Shown: positions 8,420 to 17,965 of the stretch, piece after piece
How the letters are laid out: every line of letters begins with the position of its first letter
Numbering within the stretch: the first letter of the stretch is position 1
NCBI GenBank assembly: GCA_031275345.1
Contig: JAISOW010000005.1
Coordinates: 413 to 64,412 of the forward strand
Direction of reading: 5' to 3'
DNA: 64,000 nucleotides
From: Puniceicoccales bacterium
GTDB lineage: Bacteria > Verrucomicrobiota > Verrucomicrobiia > Opitutales > JAIRLM01
Made by a program: the position numbers and the translations under genes
The notes under the pieces: model-generated
The model's input: only the letters and a program-made list of their open reading frames with translations
Databases searched by the model: none
What the model was told of the DNA's origin: nothing

Positions 8420-10364
8420 CTTTTTTTGCCTGGCCAATCTTCCAAACCTTCTTATCTTGGAATTCGAACGCCCGCCAATGGCCGCGGGAACTGTGGGCGC
8501 AGACCGGTTCGAGTAGGTTTACAAGTGTCACCTGTGCGGCATGAAACTGATTCACAAAATTTGTATACGCGACACAATTTTGAACACATTCTGCCCAGGG
8601 ACGTGATTGTTCTTTTGTCCACTGATCACGCGCTTCCGAGTCCATTTGGTCCTCCGCCACCATGGTTGGCGCCCCCAGTAAAGGGTCAATGGCACACAGC
8701 TCACCGTTGAGATCTTCATAGGTTGGCAGTTTGGGGAATTTGCCGCTTACCTTGCCCTGCTTGGCGAAGAAGTCCCACAATTCTGCCCAGCCATCGTAGG
8801 CGCCCCCTTCCCATTTAAATTTGATGGGATATCTTCCGTCCGTATTCGGGGCATCATCATAAACAAGGACCGGTTTGGGCGGCTCAAAATCATAGGGCCG
8901 TATGGCACGGTAGTTCGATAAATTGGTGGAAGTGAACAGTATAAGTTCAGCATCGATGTAAGATAAAAGTGAACGGCCATGGTGCACGCATGTGAGCAAA
9001 ATGTCATACTGATCTCCCCATTTGCCGTCCTGGCGCACAACTGTGAGAAGACGATTCATGAAACCCAATTCACAGTTATTGGTCAAGGGACAATAAGAGG
9101 TAATGAATGTATTGTTAAGCAACAGCTTGCCAAAGTTTTGCATGCCATCATGTTTTCTGATACATTCCTTCATTTGCTTCGCAAGCTCGCTTCGAGCTTT
9201 ACTAACAACATCTTCTGCTTCGTTGATAGCATCTTGTGCGGCCTTCTCCTGTTTGGTAAGAGACTGTTGTTCATCACAATCTCGTACTTGGATACCACTT
9301 TTTTTCTGCCGTTCTTGGATGGCAGTAAGTCCTTTTTTTACTTCGATAAATACTTTTTTCTGCTGTGCCCGGGTGTCGTCAAGTTTTTTTTCTTCTTCAA
9401 CAAGTATTGCGATGGCAGGCAATAGCGTGGTCAATTTTGGGAATTTTTTCCCCAAATTCTCTTTCGACTGTCCCTGTTGACACAAATCTTTTGCCTGGTA
9501 CACGTCCTTCAAAAATTTTTCCACGTCATCGAGTGACTTGGAGGGAGCGCCCTTGCAGCCCAGCAATTCCAAGCCGACATTCAGCGCGTCATTTCGCATT
9601 TGCCGCTGGTTTTTTGGATGGCCGGTTATTTGTTGGGCAAGTGTGAAAAATGCGCAATTTCCTGCGGCGCCGCACTCGATGGGTTGTATCGCCGGCGGCC
9701 ACGTCATAGCTGGCAGAATTGCTTGGACCATATCCGTGCTTTTCAGGTCTATGCTGGTGTCCGGCGGGAAATTTGAAGTTGCCTGGGGCGTTGGCAACTG
9801 ATTCATCGGTGGTACATTCACTGGTGATTCGTCCACAGATAGCTCGTTCGCAGATGGTTCATTCACCTGTGATTCGGTCACCCATGGTGCTGGCTGTGAA
9901 TTTGGCCCTACCATATCCTTCCATTCCCCATCCCGTCGTGATTCTTTCAAGGCCGATTCTTTTTGACCTATGTCCGAAGAAGAATTCTGTTCCGGTGGGG
10001 ACGATGGTTTCACCGACGTCCCGTTCCACATCCTCCTTGGTTCCACAAAAAGCAGGAAATTTTGTAGGGATGGCGCGTCGCTCTGCACAACCATTTGCAC
10101 CACTACCCAGCAAAATGCCGTGGGAATCCACAGCACCAAATGCAACATTCCCAATCCGATGGCACATAGACGGGAAAAACAGGTCGCCACTTGGGCTTTT
10201 GGGTCGGTGACGGCAGTATTCATGTCGTGCTTGCAAAGAATGGTAGTGTCCGTTTTTTGGGAGACTTGTATCAGGGAACTCATGGCAGCATCCGGTAGAA
10301 TTTCCACTCCATACACAACCCATGCAAGCGTGCGGCAGTGGCGGTTTATATCGCAAAAATGCAC
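8412..10364 (-). CDS. Putative secreted OTU-like cysteine protease (deubiquitinase-like) with hydrophobic hairpin and coiled-coil insert
   Basis: 650-aa ORF. It has a GNCAFF Cys-loop (Cys codon 9654-9656), a C-terminal GHWRAF His motif, and an N-proximal hairpin LCAIGLGMLHLVLWIPTAFCWVVVQMVV. An alternative start at 10283 (MSSLIQVSQ...) is plausible. Confidence 0.35.
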   Translation of the reverse strand: MHFCDINRHCRTLAWVVYGVEILPDAAMSSLIQVSQKTDTTILCKHDMNTAVTDPKAQVATCFSRLCAIGLGMLHLVLWIPTAFCWVVVQMVVQSDAPSLQNFLLFVEPRRMWNGTSVKPSSPPEQNSSSDIGQKESALKESRRDGEWKDMVGPNSQPAPWVTESQVNEPSANELSVDESPVNVPPMNQLPTPQATSNFPPDTSIDLKSTDMVQAILPAMTWPPAIQPIECGAAGNCAFFTLAQQITGHPKNQRQMRNDALNVGLELLGCKGAPSKSLDDVEKFLKDVYQAKDLCQQGQSKENLGKKFPKLTTLLPAIAILVEEEKKLDDTRAQQKKVFIEVKKGLTAIQERQKKSGIQVRDCDEQQSLTKQEKAAQDAINEAEDVVSKARSELAKQMKECIRKHDGMQNFGKLLLNNTFITSYCPLTNNCELGFMNRLLTVVRQDGKWGDQYDILLTCVHHGRSLLSYIDAELILFTSTNLSNYRAIRPYDFEPPKPVLVYDDAPNTDGRYPIKFKWEGGAYDGWAELWDFFAKQGKVSGKFPKLPTYEDLNGELCAIDPLLGAPTMVAEDQMDSEARDQWTKEQSRPWAECVQNCVAYTNFVNQFHAAQVTLVNLLEPVCAHSSRGHWRAFEFQDKKVWKIGQAKKAS

Positions 10365-10374
10365 GGTTTTACAA

Positions 10375-10395
10375 GGAAAATTGTCCCAATTCTCC
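10375..10395. promoter_or_regulatory. Quasi-palindromic element GGAAAATTGTCCCAATTCTCC
   Basis: Intergenic, upstream of the OTU-like gene. It is related to the element at 11428-11451 and to the GGAAATGTCCA arm at 699-709. Confidence 0.3.
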
Positions 10396-10480
10396 TCTTT
10401 AGGTTAAAGAACATATTCGTTCCATTAAAGCAGAAAAGCAAAAAAACTTTGACAGAGTAACTCATTTATGAATTCTGACC

Positions 10481-11344
10481 CTAGGCCGTTGGGGACAGTA
10501 GTTTTTTTAGATAGGCAATTTGACCGTTGTGGATTTTCGAGCGACTCGTGAGCTCTAGTTCCTTCGCATAGTCCTTGGTGACCAAGACAAGCCCTGGAGT
10601 CCTTACGTGGCGTAAAAACGCAAACCTTTCTGTGCTGGCCACACAATCATGGGGCATTACAATGGATAAATGCTGTTCCTGAAGTTCGCCATCGACGCAC
10701 TTTAAATTTTTTTCTCCGACCTGCCGGCGCAGTCCGGATCCCATGCCCAGTGGGTTAAGACATAGGGAAAGCCATCCGTTCTTTATGGATAAATAACTGG
10801 CAAACAGTGCTCCCATGGAGTGGCCCATCAACAGAGGACGAATTTCGGTGTTGGGATATTTCAATTTGCACCGTTGCAACCTTTCATGCATAAAAGCTGT
10901 CGCATCCTGCATTTCCCGGGTCAGAGAAAGTCCTAGCACGTTCCTAATGACGCAGAGAAGTTGTTGCCAAAAATTTCCACTACTGAGTCCGGTAAAGTAG
11001 ATTGGTAAAAATGCAAGTGGCCTGTCCGATTGACCTCCGCTGGACGGAATCAGGTCGTAAACTTTGGCAGCGACTGCTCCCTGTACTATTTCCTCAGAGA
11101 CATGACCCGACACGAGCACGGTTGTGCAGGTTGACAGGAGTTGGAAGAGCGAAGTGTCTCCTTGTTTTGTAACATATTGCTCTCCTGTTTCCCGATAAAG
11201 TTTTAGGGACGAGCGGCAGGACAGGGAATAGCTCACCGCCGTGGTACGTGCATTCGCATAAGCACCATCCTCCGAATTGGTCAATGCATCCTTGCCAGAC
11301 GCAGGCGTAAACGCGGCCACGTGGTCGTTGGGCGAAACTCGCAA
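10481..11344 (-). CDS. Alpha/beta-hydrolase (lipase/esterase-like, GxSxG)
   Basis: 287 aa. It has the nucleophile elbow LLMGHSMGALFASYL. It uses a non-ATG (TTG) ORF start. No further family assignment is possible by eye. Confidence 0.5.
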   Translation of the reverse strand: MRVSPNDHVAAFTPASGKDALTNSEDGAYANARTTAVSYSLSCRSSLKLYRETGEQYVTKQGDTSLFQLLSTCTTVLVSGHVSEEIVQGAVAAKVYDLIPSSGGQSDRPLAFLPIYFTGLSSGNFWQQLLCVIRNVLGLSLTREMQDATAFMHERLQRCKLKYPNTEIRPLLMGHSMGALFASYLSIKNGWLSLCLNPLGMGSGLRRQVGEKNLKCVDGELQEQHLSIVMPHDCVASTERFAFLRHVRTPGLVLVTKDYAKELELTSRSKIHNGQIAYLKKLLSPTA

Positions 11345-11427
11345 ATAATTTAGTTTCTCATAAAATCAACCTACGGTCAAGCCATTTTTCTACCCAACGC
11401 CGACGAACCTGGCTTTAGAGATGTGGA

Positions 11428-11451
11428 GGAAATATTGTCCATTTCCATGGA
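11428..11451. promoter_or_regulatory. Quasi-palindromic element GGAAATATTGTCCATTTCCATGGA
   Basis: It has the inverted repeat GGAAAT/ATTTCC around TTGTCC. Its reverse complement contains TCCATGGAAATG, identical to 694-705. It lies about 90 nt upstream of the hydrolase gene. Confidence 0.35.
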
Positions 11452-11533
11452 TGAACTGGGCGCGAATTGCCATTGGCCTGGATTGGCGTAGAATCTGATT
11501 GCCTGCTCCTGGTTTTTTTCCAGGTTCGGCCCG

Positions 11534-12112
11534 ATGGAGCAGGATGAAAATGGGCCGGCGGAGTGGAAAGTTCTTGGTAGCAATCAGATATTACAACTGC
11601 CCCACATTTTAACAATTGACCAGGAGCGCTGGCGTCAGGTGCGATCCGGTCGGGAAGGAAATTTTTACCGCTACCATTTGCCGAATTGGGTCCAAGTTGT
11701 GGCCGTTGAGGATGGGGGAAGTCGGCTAATTTTAGTCAATCAGTATCGCTTTGGTCTGCGGAGCATTGCCCTGGAAACTCCAGGAGGCAATGTGGAACCG
11801 AACGAATCTCCACTCGCAGCGGCACGGAGGGAATTGCTAGAAGAGACCGGCCACCGGGCCGAACGCTGGCAGTTGCTGGCTGCGCTCCATCCCATGCCCG
11901 CCTACAGCGACAATTTTTTGCACATTTTCCTAGCCACCGGCTGCCGTCGCATTGCGGACCAGCACCTGGATTTTTTTGAGGAAATTACCGTCACCGCCAT
12001 GGCGGTGGACGAGGTGTACGCCAAACTTTCCGATGGGACATTGAACCAGGCCCACGTGGTCATTGCCCTGCTGCTGGCAAGGGAACATTTGCAAATTGGC
12101 CCAAAGAAATAG
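11534..12112 (+). CDS. NUDIX hydrolase (ADP-ribose pyrophosphatase-like)
   Basis: 192 aa. The Nudix box is GGNVEPNESPLAAARRELLEETG. Confidence 0.8.
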   Translation: MEQDENGPAEWKVLGSNQILQLPHILTIDQERWRQVRSGREGNFYRYHLPNWVQVVAVEDGGSRLILVNQYRFGLRSIALETPGGNVEPNESPLAAARRELLEETGHRAERWQLLAALHPMPAYSDNFLHIFLATGCRRIADQHLDFFEEITVTAMAVDEVYAKLSDGTLNQAHVVIALLLAREHLQIGPKK

Positions 12113-12255
12113 CAGCCAACCCCAGCCAATGGCAAGGACTGGTGCCGTGCCGAGCGCAGACGACGGTTCGCCATCCACGGCGACAGGGCTCGGCAAAATT
12201 GTCCGTGAGCCACCGCATCTTCATCATTGTTCTTTGTGCGATGTCTAAAAAGTGC

Positions 12256-13884
12256 TTAGGGATGGGAAGCCGCGCAGAATGGGGCAAGTAGGGACCGCAG
12301 AGCCGAGCGGCCGATGGCGCAATCCACCGTGAACTGGCCATTGCCAAGGCGCAGGAAACAGCAGGCCGAGGAGTCGCACAGCGGTGGCGTGATGCGAAGA
12401 CAGACTGCCACGTCTCGTCCGATGTCGATGGCATTGATGTCGGACAGCGATGCCTGCCGCAGCTGCCCTCTCAGGATGTCATCGATCGTTGTCCGCATGG
12501 TTGTTTCACAGCTGGCGATGGCCACAAGGTCCCGCAGGGTGCAAAAATAGGAATTGCGGTAGGAGCAATCTTCTTCCCCGTCTGCCGTGGTGCGGCATTC
12601 CGCCAGACATACGTGGATGACCGGAACTCCGCGGTGGACAAAACTTTGCCGTTCCACATTCGCCTCCACCCGCAGGGAAACATCCTGTGGCAGCGTAGCA
12701 AGGGATGTGCGCAGGGTTGGGACAACCTTGGTGTAGAAAAAGCTCACGCCATCCGCCAATTTTTCGTAGGAAATGTTGGCAGTCAGTAGCTTGCGCAGAC
12801 AACCATCCTGGCCACGGCCCGTTGCCGCCACCCCATTCAGCGTGCCCAACAGGCCGTGGAGCTGGTTGTATACGTCCCGCTCCGCCACGCCATTCAGCCC
12901 CTGCTGGCCGTAGGAAAAGAAACCATCCAGAAAGTATTCCCAAAATTGTTCCAAACGGCGAGGGTTGTAGCGGGCAAGCATCTGTGCCGTGCAATCGGCT
13001 GGGATGAGCCGGGCCAGCGGATCCATGTCCATCCCATCCAATGACTCATTGAAAAGAGTGGCCAGATCCGACCCGGGCGTGGCACAGAATGTTGCCTGCC
13101 ATGCCAGGCCCTTTTCCGTCACATCGCAAAATACTAGCACCCGTTCCAGCGAATCGCCAAGGTTCAGCACCAGGTTGAGCAGGGCAAGCGTTGACATGCT
13201 GCCGTTGAGATCTTGCAAAAATTGCAAATTGCGCAGTGTTGAGCGCTCCAACAGAATGGCTAGTCTGCGAATCAGTGCCGGACAGCAGTTTATGCACACA
13301 TCATGGGCGCAGGGCAATCCCGCCATGGGGACAAGCCCATCCAGCAGATCTTCCCGGCCCAGCAATTTTTCATCCTTTGCCAAAAATACCCAGCCACCCC
13401 ACGGCGCCGCCTTCATTCCATGCAGGGCAGCGGCGGAAATCACCGGGCTGGATCCACTGGCACGGACGCATAAAATCCAGCCGGCACCGGCGCCGTGGTC
13501 CACCAAAAATGCGTGGCAAAAATCTTTTTCGGAAATGCCTGGAAAATCTGGATAGCCAACAAGTCCTAGCAAAACCTTTGGAGCCAAACAATTTTCCCGC
13601 ATCACATCCTCTGCCAGGGCCATCACCTCGCCGCCCAGCTGTTTTGGAGAAGCCATTTGCACGTGGCAAAGCACGGGACATTTCTCAGCCATTTCCGCGG
13701 CACGGCATGGGCAGGCCAAACATTTTTCCGTACCCAATGGATCCGCAACCAACGGCCCGTCTGCCAGGACAAGGCCCACCACACACAACCCCAAACACCG
13801 CCACGCCATCACGGTGCTGAGTATGGCGAGAAAATTTTTCGTGCCAAAATTTTTTTCAAATTTTCCCAATGGAAAAGTTCCCAT
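12256..13884 (-). CDS. Hypothetical exported/membrane-anchored protein occupying the position downstream of ftsQ
   Basis: 542 aa. It has an N-terminal hydrophobic anchor (FLAILSTVMAWRCLGLCVVGLVL), is Cys-rich, and has backbone-like GC. No FtsA/FtsZ motifs are present. Confidence 0.55.
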   Translation of the reverse strand: MGTFPLGKFEKNFGTKNFLAILSTVMAWRCLGLCVVGLVLADGPLVADPLGTEKCLACPCRAAEMAEKCPVLCHVQMASPKQLGGEVMALAEDVMRENCLAPKVLLGLVGYPDFPGISEKDFCHAFLVDHGAGAGWILCVRASGSSPVISAAALHGMKAAPWGGWVFLAKDEKLLGREDLLDGLVPMAGLPCAHDVCINCCPALIRRLAILLERSTLRNLQFLQDLNGSMSTLALLNLVLNLGDSLERVLVFCDVTEKGLAWQATFCATPGSDLATLFNESLDGMDMDPLARLIPADCTAQMLARYNPRRLEQFWEYFLDGFFSYGQQGLNGVAERDVYNQLHGLLGTLNGVAATGRGQDGCLRKLLTANISYEKLADGVSFFYTKVVPTLRTSLATLPQDVSLRVEANVERQSFVHRGVPVIHVCLAECRTTADGEEDCSYRNSYFCTLRDLVAIASCETTMRTTIDDILRGQLRQASLSDINAIDIGRDVAVCLRITPPLCDSSACCFLRLGNGQFTVDCAIGRSALRSLLAPFCAASHP

Positions 13885-13991
13885 ACTTTAAAAACCTAGG
13901 CCGGCAATTGCCTGTCGGAGAGTTTTTCCACCGGTGCGGGATGTATGGTCCGTGGCGAAAAAAGATGAAAGTTGGCAGGAAATTGAAAAAT

Positions 13992-14897
13992 TTAGTTCCC
14001 GATTTTTCCAAAAAAGTGGCCCGGCTTGACGTAGGCTTTTCCAGGAATGGTCAAGTCCACGCGGCTAAGAGGCAGCAGCTTCTTTTTTCGCCAATCCGCC
14101 AAAATGTAGCCCAATTCCTCCAGTTGCTGCGGCAGGTTATCCATGCGTAGCCGCAGGTGCTGCACGTCCGGACACTGCACTTCGAAACAATCCAAAAAAT
14201 TTTCCATACCAGGCTCGACGGTGATGACGCGCCAGGACGCAACCAGCTGGCCATCGATTTCCGCCGCGGCTCGCAGAGCTTGGCACAGTTCGGCCACACC
14301 CGCCAGCGTTCTGCCAACGACGGCACCGGCCATGCCGCGCAGCAATGGAAGGTCCTGCCAATTCGCCGGTGGAGGATCCAGGGCCACAAAAACCATGCCA
14401 TCGGCCGCCACCAGCAGTGTTTCACCATCGTCCAGCGGCGGCAGGCGTAGGACAGGGACCCGTTCGACGATGCGCAGCCGCAGGTCATCGGGATAGGAGC
14501 GCTCCACCTGGGCCGCCGCAATTTGGGGACAGGCCAGCAAGCGGCGGCGACAGAGTCGTACGTCAATTTCTTCCAACGAAATTTGCCGTGGAAGTTTTAG
14601 CAGGCGCACAATCGTGTCCTTTGCCAAAGCCCGGTTGCCAACGATGTGAACGGTTCGCAGCCGGTGGGCGACGGCGATGTGGCTCCGCACGCGGTGGTAG
14701 CCAATGCGCACCCCACGGCCGACGGCAATGGCAATGGCAAGTGCGGCGAACAGGGTCAGTATCACGCGGGCAAAGCCACCAACTTTTTTTCTTTTTGCCC
14801 GAGCCTCGCCCTGTTCAGAACTTTTTGCCAATTTCGTGGCCGCCGGCTTGGCCGTAGCTGTTTTGTCCGTTCCCTTCGCCCTTTGCACCTTTTTCAT
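13992..14897 (-). CDS. ftsQ: Cell division protein FtsQ-like (POTRA)
   Basis: 301 aa. It has a basic N-terminus, a single TM segment (ILTLFAALAIAIAV), then a POTRA-like VHIVGNRALAKDTIVRLLKL. Its position after ddl also supports the call. Confidence 0.65.
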   Translation of the reverse strand: MKKVQRAKGTDKTATAKPAATKLAKSSEQGEARAKRKKVGGFARVILTLFAALAIAIAVGRGVRIGYHRVRSHIAVAHRLRTVHIVGNRALAKDTIVRLLKLPRQISLEEIDVRLCRRRLLACPQIAAAQVERSYPDDLRLRIVERVPVLRLPPLDDGETLLVAADGMVFVALDPPPANWQDLPLLRGMAGAVVGRTLAGVAELCQALRAAAEIDGQLVASWRVITVEPGMENFLDCFEVQCPDVQHLRLRMDNLPQQLEELGYILADWRKKKLLPLSRVDLTIPGKAYVKPGHFFGKIGN

Positions 14898-14900
14898 GGC

Positions 14901-15839
14901 CTATGCTGCTGCTGCCGCCGCCGCACGGTCCTCCCAGGCGCGGGCCACGACCGTTCGTAGCAGTTCGTCGGGCGCAATGCCAACCCCGGCGGCGCTGTCC
15001 GGGTAGAGGCTTGTTGCGGTGAACCCGGGAATGGCATTGATTTCCAAAAAAAAAGGTCGCCCGTCCGAATCCATTAAAAAATCCACCCGCGCCCAGTCGC
15101 GGCATCCACAGATTTTAAAAACTTGCAGGGCCAATTGCCTCAGCAATTTCTCCGCAGCTTTTTCGATGGGTGCCGGGCAGATGTGGCGTACCTGCCCCGC
15201 GCAGTACTTGCCGGAATAGGAAAGAAATTCTTGGCCGTGTTCAATTTCCACCACGGCAAGCGCCCGATCCTCCAGCAGCCCAACGGTAAATTCCCGGCCA
15301 GAGCAGAGAGGTTCCACCAGCCAGTCACCGGCGCCACGGCCGGCGACCGCCGCATTCCATTCCTGTGATCCGTGAATTGGCCGGCAAAATAGGCTGCTGC
15401 CCATGGCGTCCGGCTTGAAAAAAAATCGCTGCGCAGACAGGTCGTGGCACAGTTCGGCAAACGACGGCGGCCGCATTTTTTGGGAAAATGTGCGGGATGG
15501 AAGGATCGGTACACCGGCTGACGCCACCCGTTCCTTGGTTTTACTTTTGCAAATTGTGAGCTCCATGGCTGCATGGCCACTGCCAACGTAGGAAAAATTT
15601 TGCCGCTCTAGCAAACGCTGTAGCCGCCCATCTTCGCCAAAATCTCCGTGAATGATAGGAAAAATCACCGCCATAGCTGGGTCCAAATCTTTTGGCAGGA
15701 CGTTGTCCTCCAATTCCATCAGTCGGCAGGGCAGCTGACGGCGCAGCACATCCCATGCCCTTCGGCCAGAATTCAGGGATATTTCCCGTTCTCCGGAAAT
15801 TCCGCCCGATAAAATGACCAGCTCCCGTTCTCTTTTCAC
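14901..15839 (-). CDS. ddl: D-alanine--D-alanine ligase
   Basis: 312 aa with full-length Ddl-like ATP-grasp sequence (ILSGGISGEREISL...EINAIPGFT). The GTG start overlaps the murB stop (GTGA at 15836-15839). Confidence 0.85.
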   Translation of the reverse strand: MKRERELVILSGGISGEREISLNSGRRAWDVLRRQLPCRLMELEDNVLPKDLDPAMAVIFPIIHGDFGEDGRLQRLLERQNFSYVGSGHAAMELTICKSKTKERVASAGVPILPSRTFSQKMRPPSFAELCHDLSAQRFFFKPDAMGSSLFCRPIHGSQEWNAAVAGRGAGDWLVEPLCSGREFTVGLLEDRALAVVEIEHGQEFLSYSGKYCAGQVRHICPAPIEKAAEKLLRQLALQVFKICGCRDWARVDFLMDSDGRPFFLEINAIPGFTATSLYPDSAAGVGIAPDELLRTVVARAWEDRAAAAAAA

Positions 15840-17965
15840 AGCTGTCCCACCCAGTGGTCCGACAGGTATTCCACCTCGGTTAGAAGGTCAACGGCGAAGC
15901 GCCGCTCCACCTCTCGCTTGGCATGGAAGATGAGGCCCAGCACATCGTCGCCGCACGCGCCGCCAACGTTGACGATGAAATTGGCATGCTGGGAAGAAAT
16001 TTCCGCCCCACCACGGCGCAGGCCGCGCAGACCAGCTTCGGAAATCAGCTCCCACGCCGGCCGACCTCCCGGAGGGTTGCGAAAAATGCTGCCGGCGCTC
16101 GCCCCAGTTGGTTGCCGTTCTCTTCGCATGCGGACAAGTTCTTTCTGCTTTTGCAAAATTTCCTCCACCGGTCGGCACTCGTTTGGCAATGACAGTGATG
16201 CTTCCAAAAGAATGCTATCGGATGGCATGCCCCAGCTGCGGTAGCGGAAGGGAATTTGGCTGGTTTTGCGAAGTTCGCCATTGCCATCTAGGTAAGTGAT
16301 GCATCGCACCATTGCTCCGATGCTGCCGCCGAATGCTCCCGCATTCATGCGGACAGCCCCTCCCACAGTCCCTGGTATGCCGAGGCAAAATTCATAGCCG
16401 CCAATGCCATGTTCGGCGCAGAACCGTGCCAGGGACGACAGCATCAAGCCTGCCCCAACCAACAATTCATCTTCCCGTGCCAGACAGTATTCCCAGCAAG
16501 GTCCCCGCAGACGGATGGCAAGGCCGGAAAAGCCGCCATCGTCTACCAATAGCTTGGACCCATTGCCTAGTAGAAATTTAGGCAATTTCGCCCGTTCGGC
16601 ATTGGCAAGCAGCATGCGCAGTGCATCGGTGCTATCCGGTTCTGAAAAAAACCGTGCTGGACCGCCAATTTGCAGGGTTGTCAATGGGGCAAGTGGCACA
16701 TTTTCCCGAAAATTGGAGCCATCGCCACGGCGGCATAGTTTTGTAAAAAATAGGTCGCGAATGCGCCGTGCATGGGCTTCAGCCAGGCCATGGATTGGGC
16801 CAGCTCCTACGAATAGCAGGGTCGTTTCCTGTTTTGATTCCACCGGCAACTTCTCCAGCAGCTGGCCACCGCCAAGGAAGGGTATGGCAAGGGCAGCGGC
16901 TAGCCGTTCAGCCGCTCCAAGTGCCAGGTATGGCTCGTAGGCCGCATAGGTTGGCAGCAATACGGCCGATGGAACGGTGGCAAGGACGGAAAAAAATTCA
17001 TCGAAATGTCGGGCGGTCCTGGAATAGCGATGCGGCTGAAAAATGACCTGGCAACGATCCAGGGAAAATTCTCGCAAAAACGCAGCTATCTCCGTTGGAT
17101 GGTGGGCATAGTCCGCCACCACGCGCACGGAGCCGGTTCCCATGAGCACGCTTTGCCGCCTGTGGACGGCAACGGATGGGAACTGGAACGGGGCAGGGCA
17201 AAGAAAGTCGGCAACCATCCTGGCGGCGGCGGCATTGAATCGGTTGTAGATGGTTGTGCCACTGGGACATAGTCCATCGGGCAGTGGCTCAATGGGACTG
17301 CAATGGTTTTTTCCCAAAAAAGTGCGCAAAAAGGGGTGATCTCCATTGAAAAATATACGACCCTGCGTGCGGTCAAAGAAGCGCAAAAATGCACTTTGCA
17401 GGGCCTGCTCCGTCCCATGGTAAGCTTCGTGGTCCATGGACAGGTTGAGGGCGAGGGTGATGTCAGGGGAAAATAGTTCAAAGGATGGTTCACTCTCATC
17501 GATCTCTGCCACCGTCCAGGCAGCTCCTTCGTGGCGACCGGGGGGAGAATTGTCGGCAAATAGCCCGCCCAGTAAAAAGTTGCAGCCAAAGCCGCGCGAC
17601 CGCAGTAGGTGGATGAGCATGGCCGTCGTGGTTGTCTTGCCGTGGCTGCCAACGACGGCAATTAGCCTTTGCCCCTGCAGGACGTCGGCCAGGCATTCAC
17701 CCCGCGATTTTATGGAAATTTCCCGGCGCCGTGCCGCCAAGAACAGTGCATCATCCCGGCGCAGGGCCGCGGTGTGAACAAATCGGTCGCAGGCCGGCAA
17801 TTCTCTGGGCCGCGGCAGAGTTTCCACCCCGGCGCGTTTGAGAAGAAATGCTCGGCGCCTGTCCAAATGATCGTCGAAGCCAAGCACTTCCTCGCCCAAA
17901 TCGCGCAGAAACAACGCCAGCGGCAACATGCCAGCCCCGCCGATGCCGGCAAAAAAATTTTTCAT
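15836..17965 (-). CDS. murC/murB: Fused UDP-N-acetylmuramate--L-alanine ligase / UDP-N-acetylenolpyruvoylglucosamine reductase
   Basis: The N-terminal part is MurC-like (FFAGIGGAGMLPLA, VVGSHGKTTTTAM). The C-terminal part is MurB-like (LAPLTTLQIGGPA...GNGSKLL...SAGSIFRNP). The start is placed at the ATG at 17963-17965, overlapping the murG stop (ATGA). The 852-aa ORF extension is rejected. Confidence 0.8.
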   Translation of the reverse strand: MKNFFAGIGGAGMLPLALFLRDLGEEVLGFDDHLDRRRAFLLKRAGVETLPRPRELPACDRFVHTAALRRDDALFLAARRREISIKSRGECLADVLQGQRLIAVVGSHGKTTTTAMLIHLLRSRGFGCNFLLGGLFADNSPPGRHEGAAWTVAEIDESEPSFELFSPDITLALNLSMDHEAYHGTEQALQSAFLRFFDRTQGRIFFNGDHPFLRTFLGKNHCSPIEPLPDGLCPSGTTIYNRFNAAAARMVADFLCPAPFQFPSVAVHRRQSVLMGTGSVRVVADYAHHPTEIAAFLREFSLDRCQVIFQPHRYSRTARHFDEFFSVLATVPSAVLLPTYAAYEPYLALGAAERLAAALAIPFLGGGQLLEKLPVESKQETTLLFVGAGPIHGLAEAHARRIRDLFFTKLCRRGDGSNFRENVPLAPLTTLQIGGPARFFSEPDSTDALRMLLANAERAKLPKFLLGNGSKLLVDDGGFSGLAIRLRGPCWEYCLAREDELLVGAGLMLSSLARFCAEHGIGGYEFCLGIPGTVGGAVRMNAGAFGGSIGAMVRCITYLDGNGELRKTSQIPFRYRSWGMPSDSILLEASLSLPNECRPVEEILQKQKELVRMRRERQPTGASAGSIFRNPPGGRPAWELISEAGLRGLRRGGAEISSQHANFIVNVGGACGDDVLGLIFHAKREVERRFAVDLLTEVEYLSDHWVGQL

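Noticed and set aside
12256-13884. The gene after ftsQ as a divergent ftsA or ftsZ.
   Set aside because: It has no actin-fold phosphate motifs and no tubulin GGGTGS/T signature. The protein has an N-terminal membrane anchor and many cysteines, which suggests an extracytoplasmic location.
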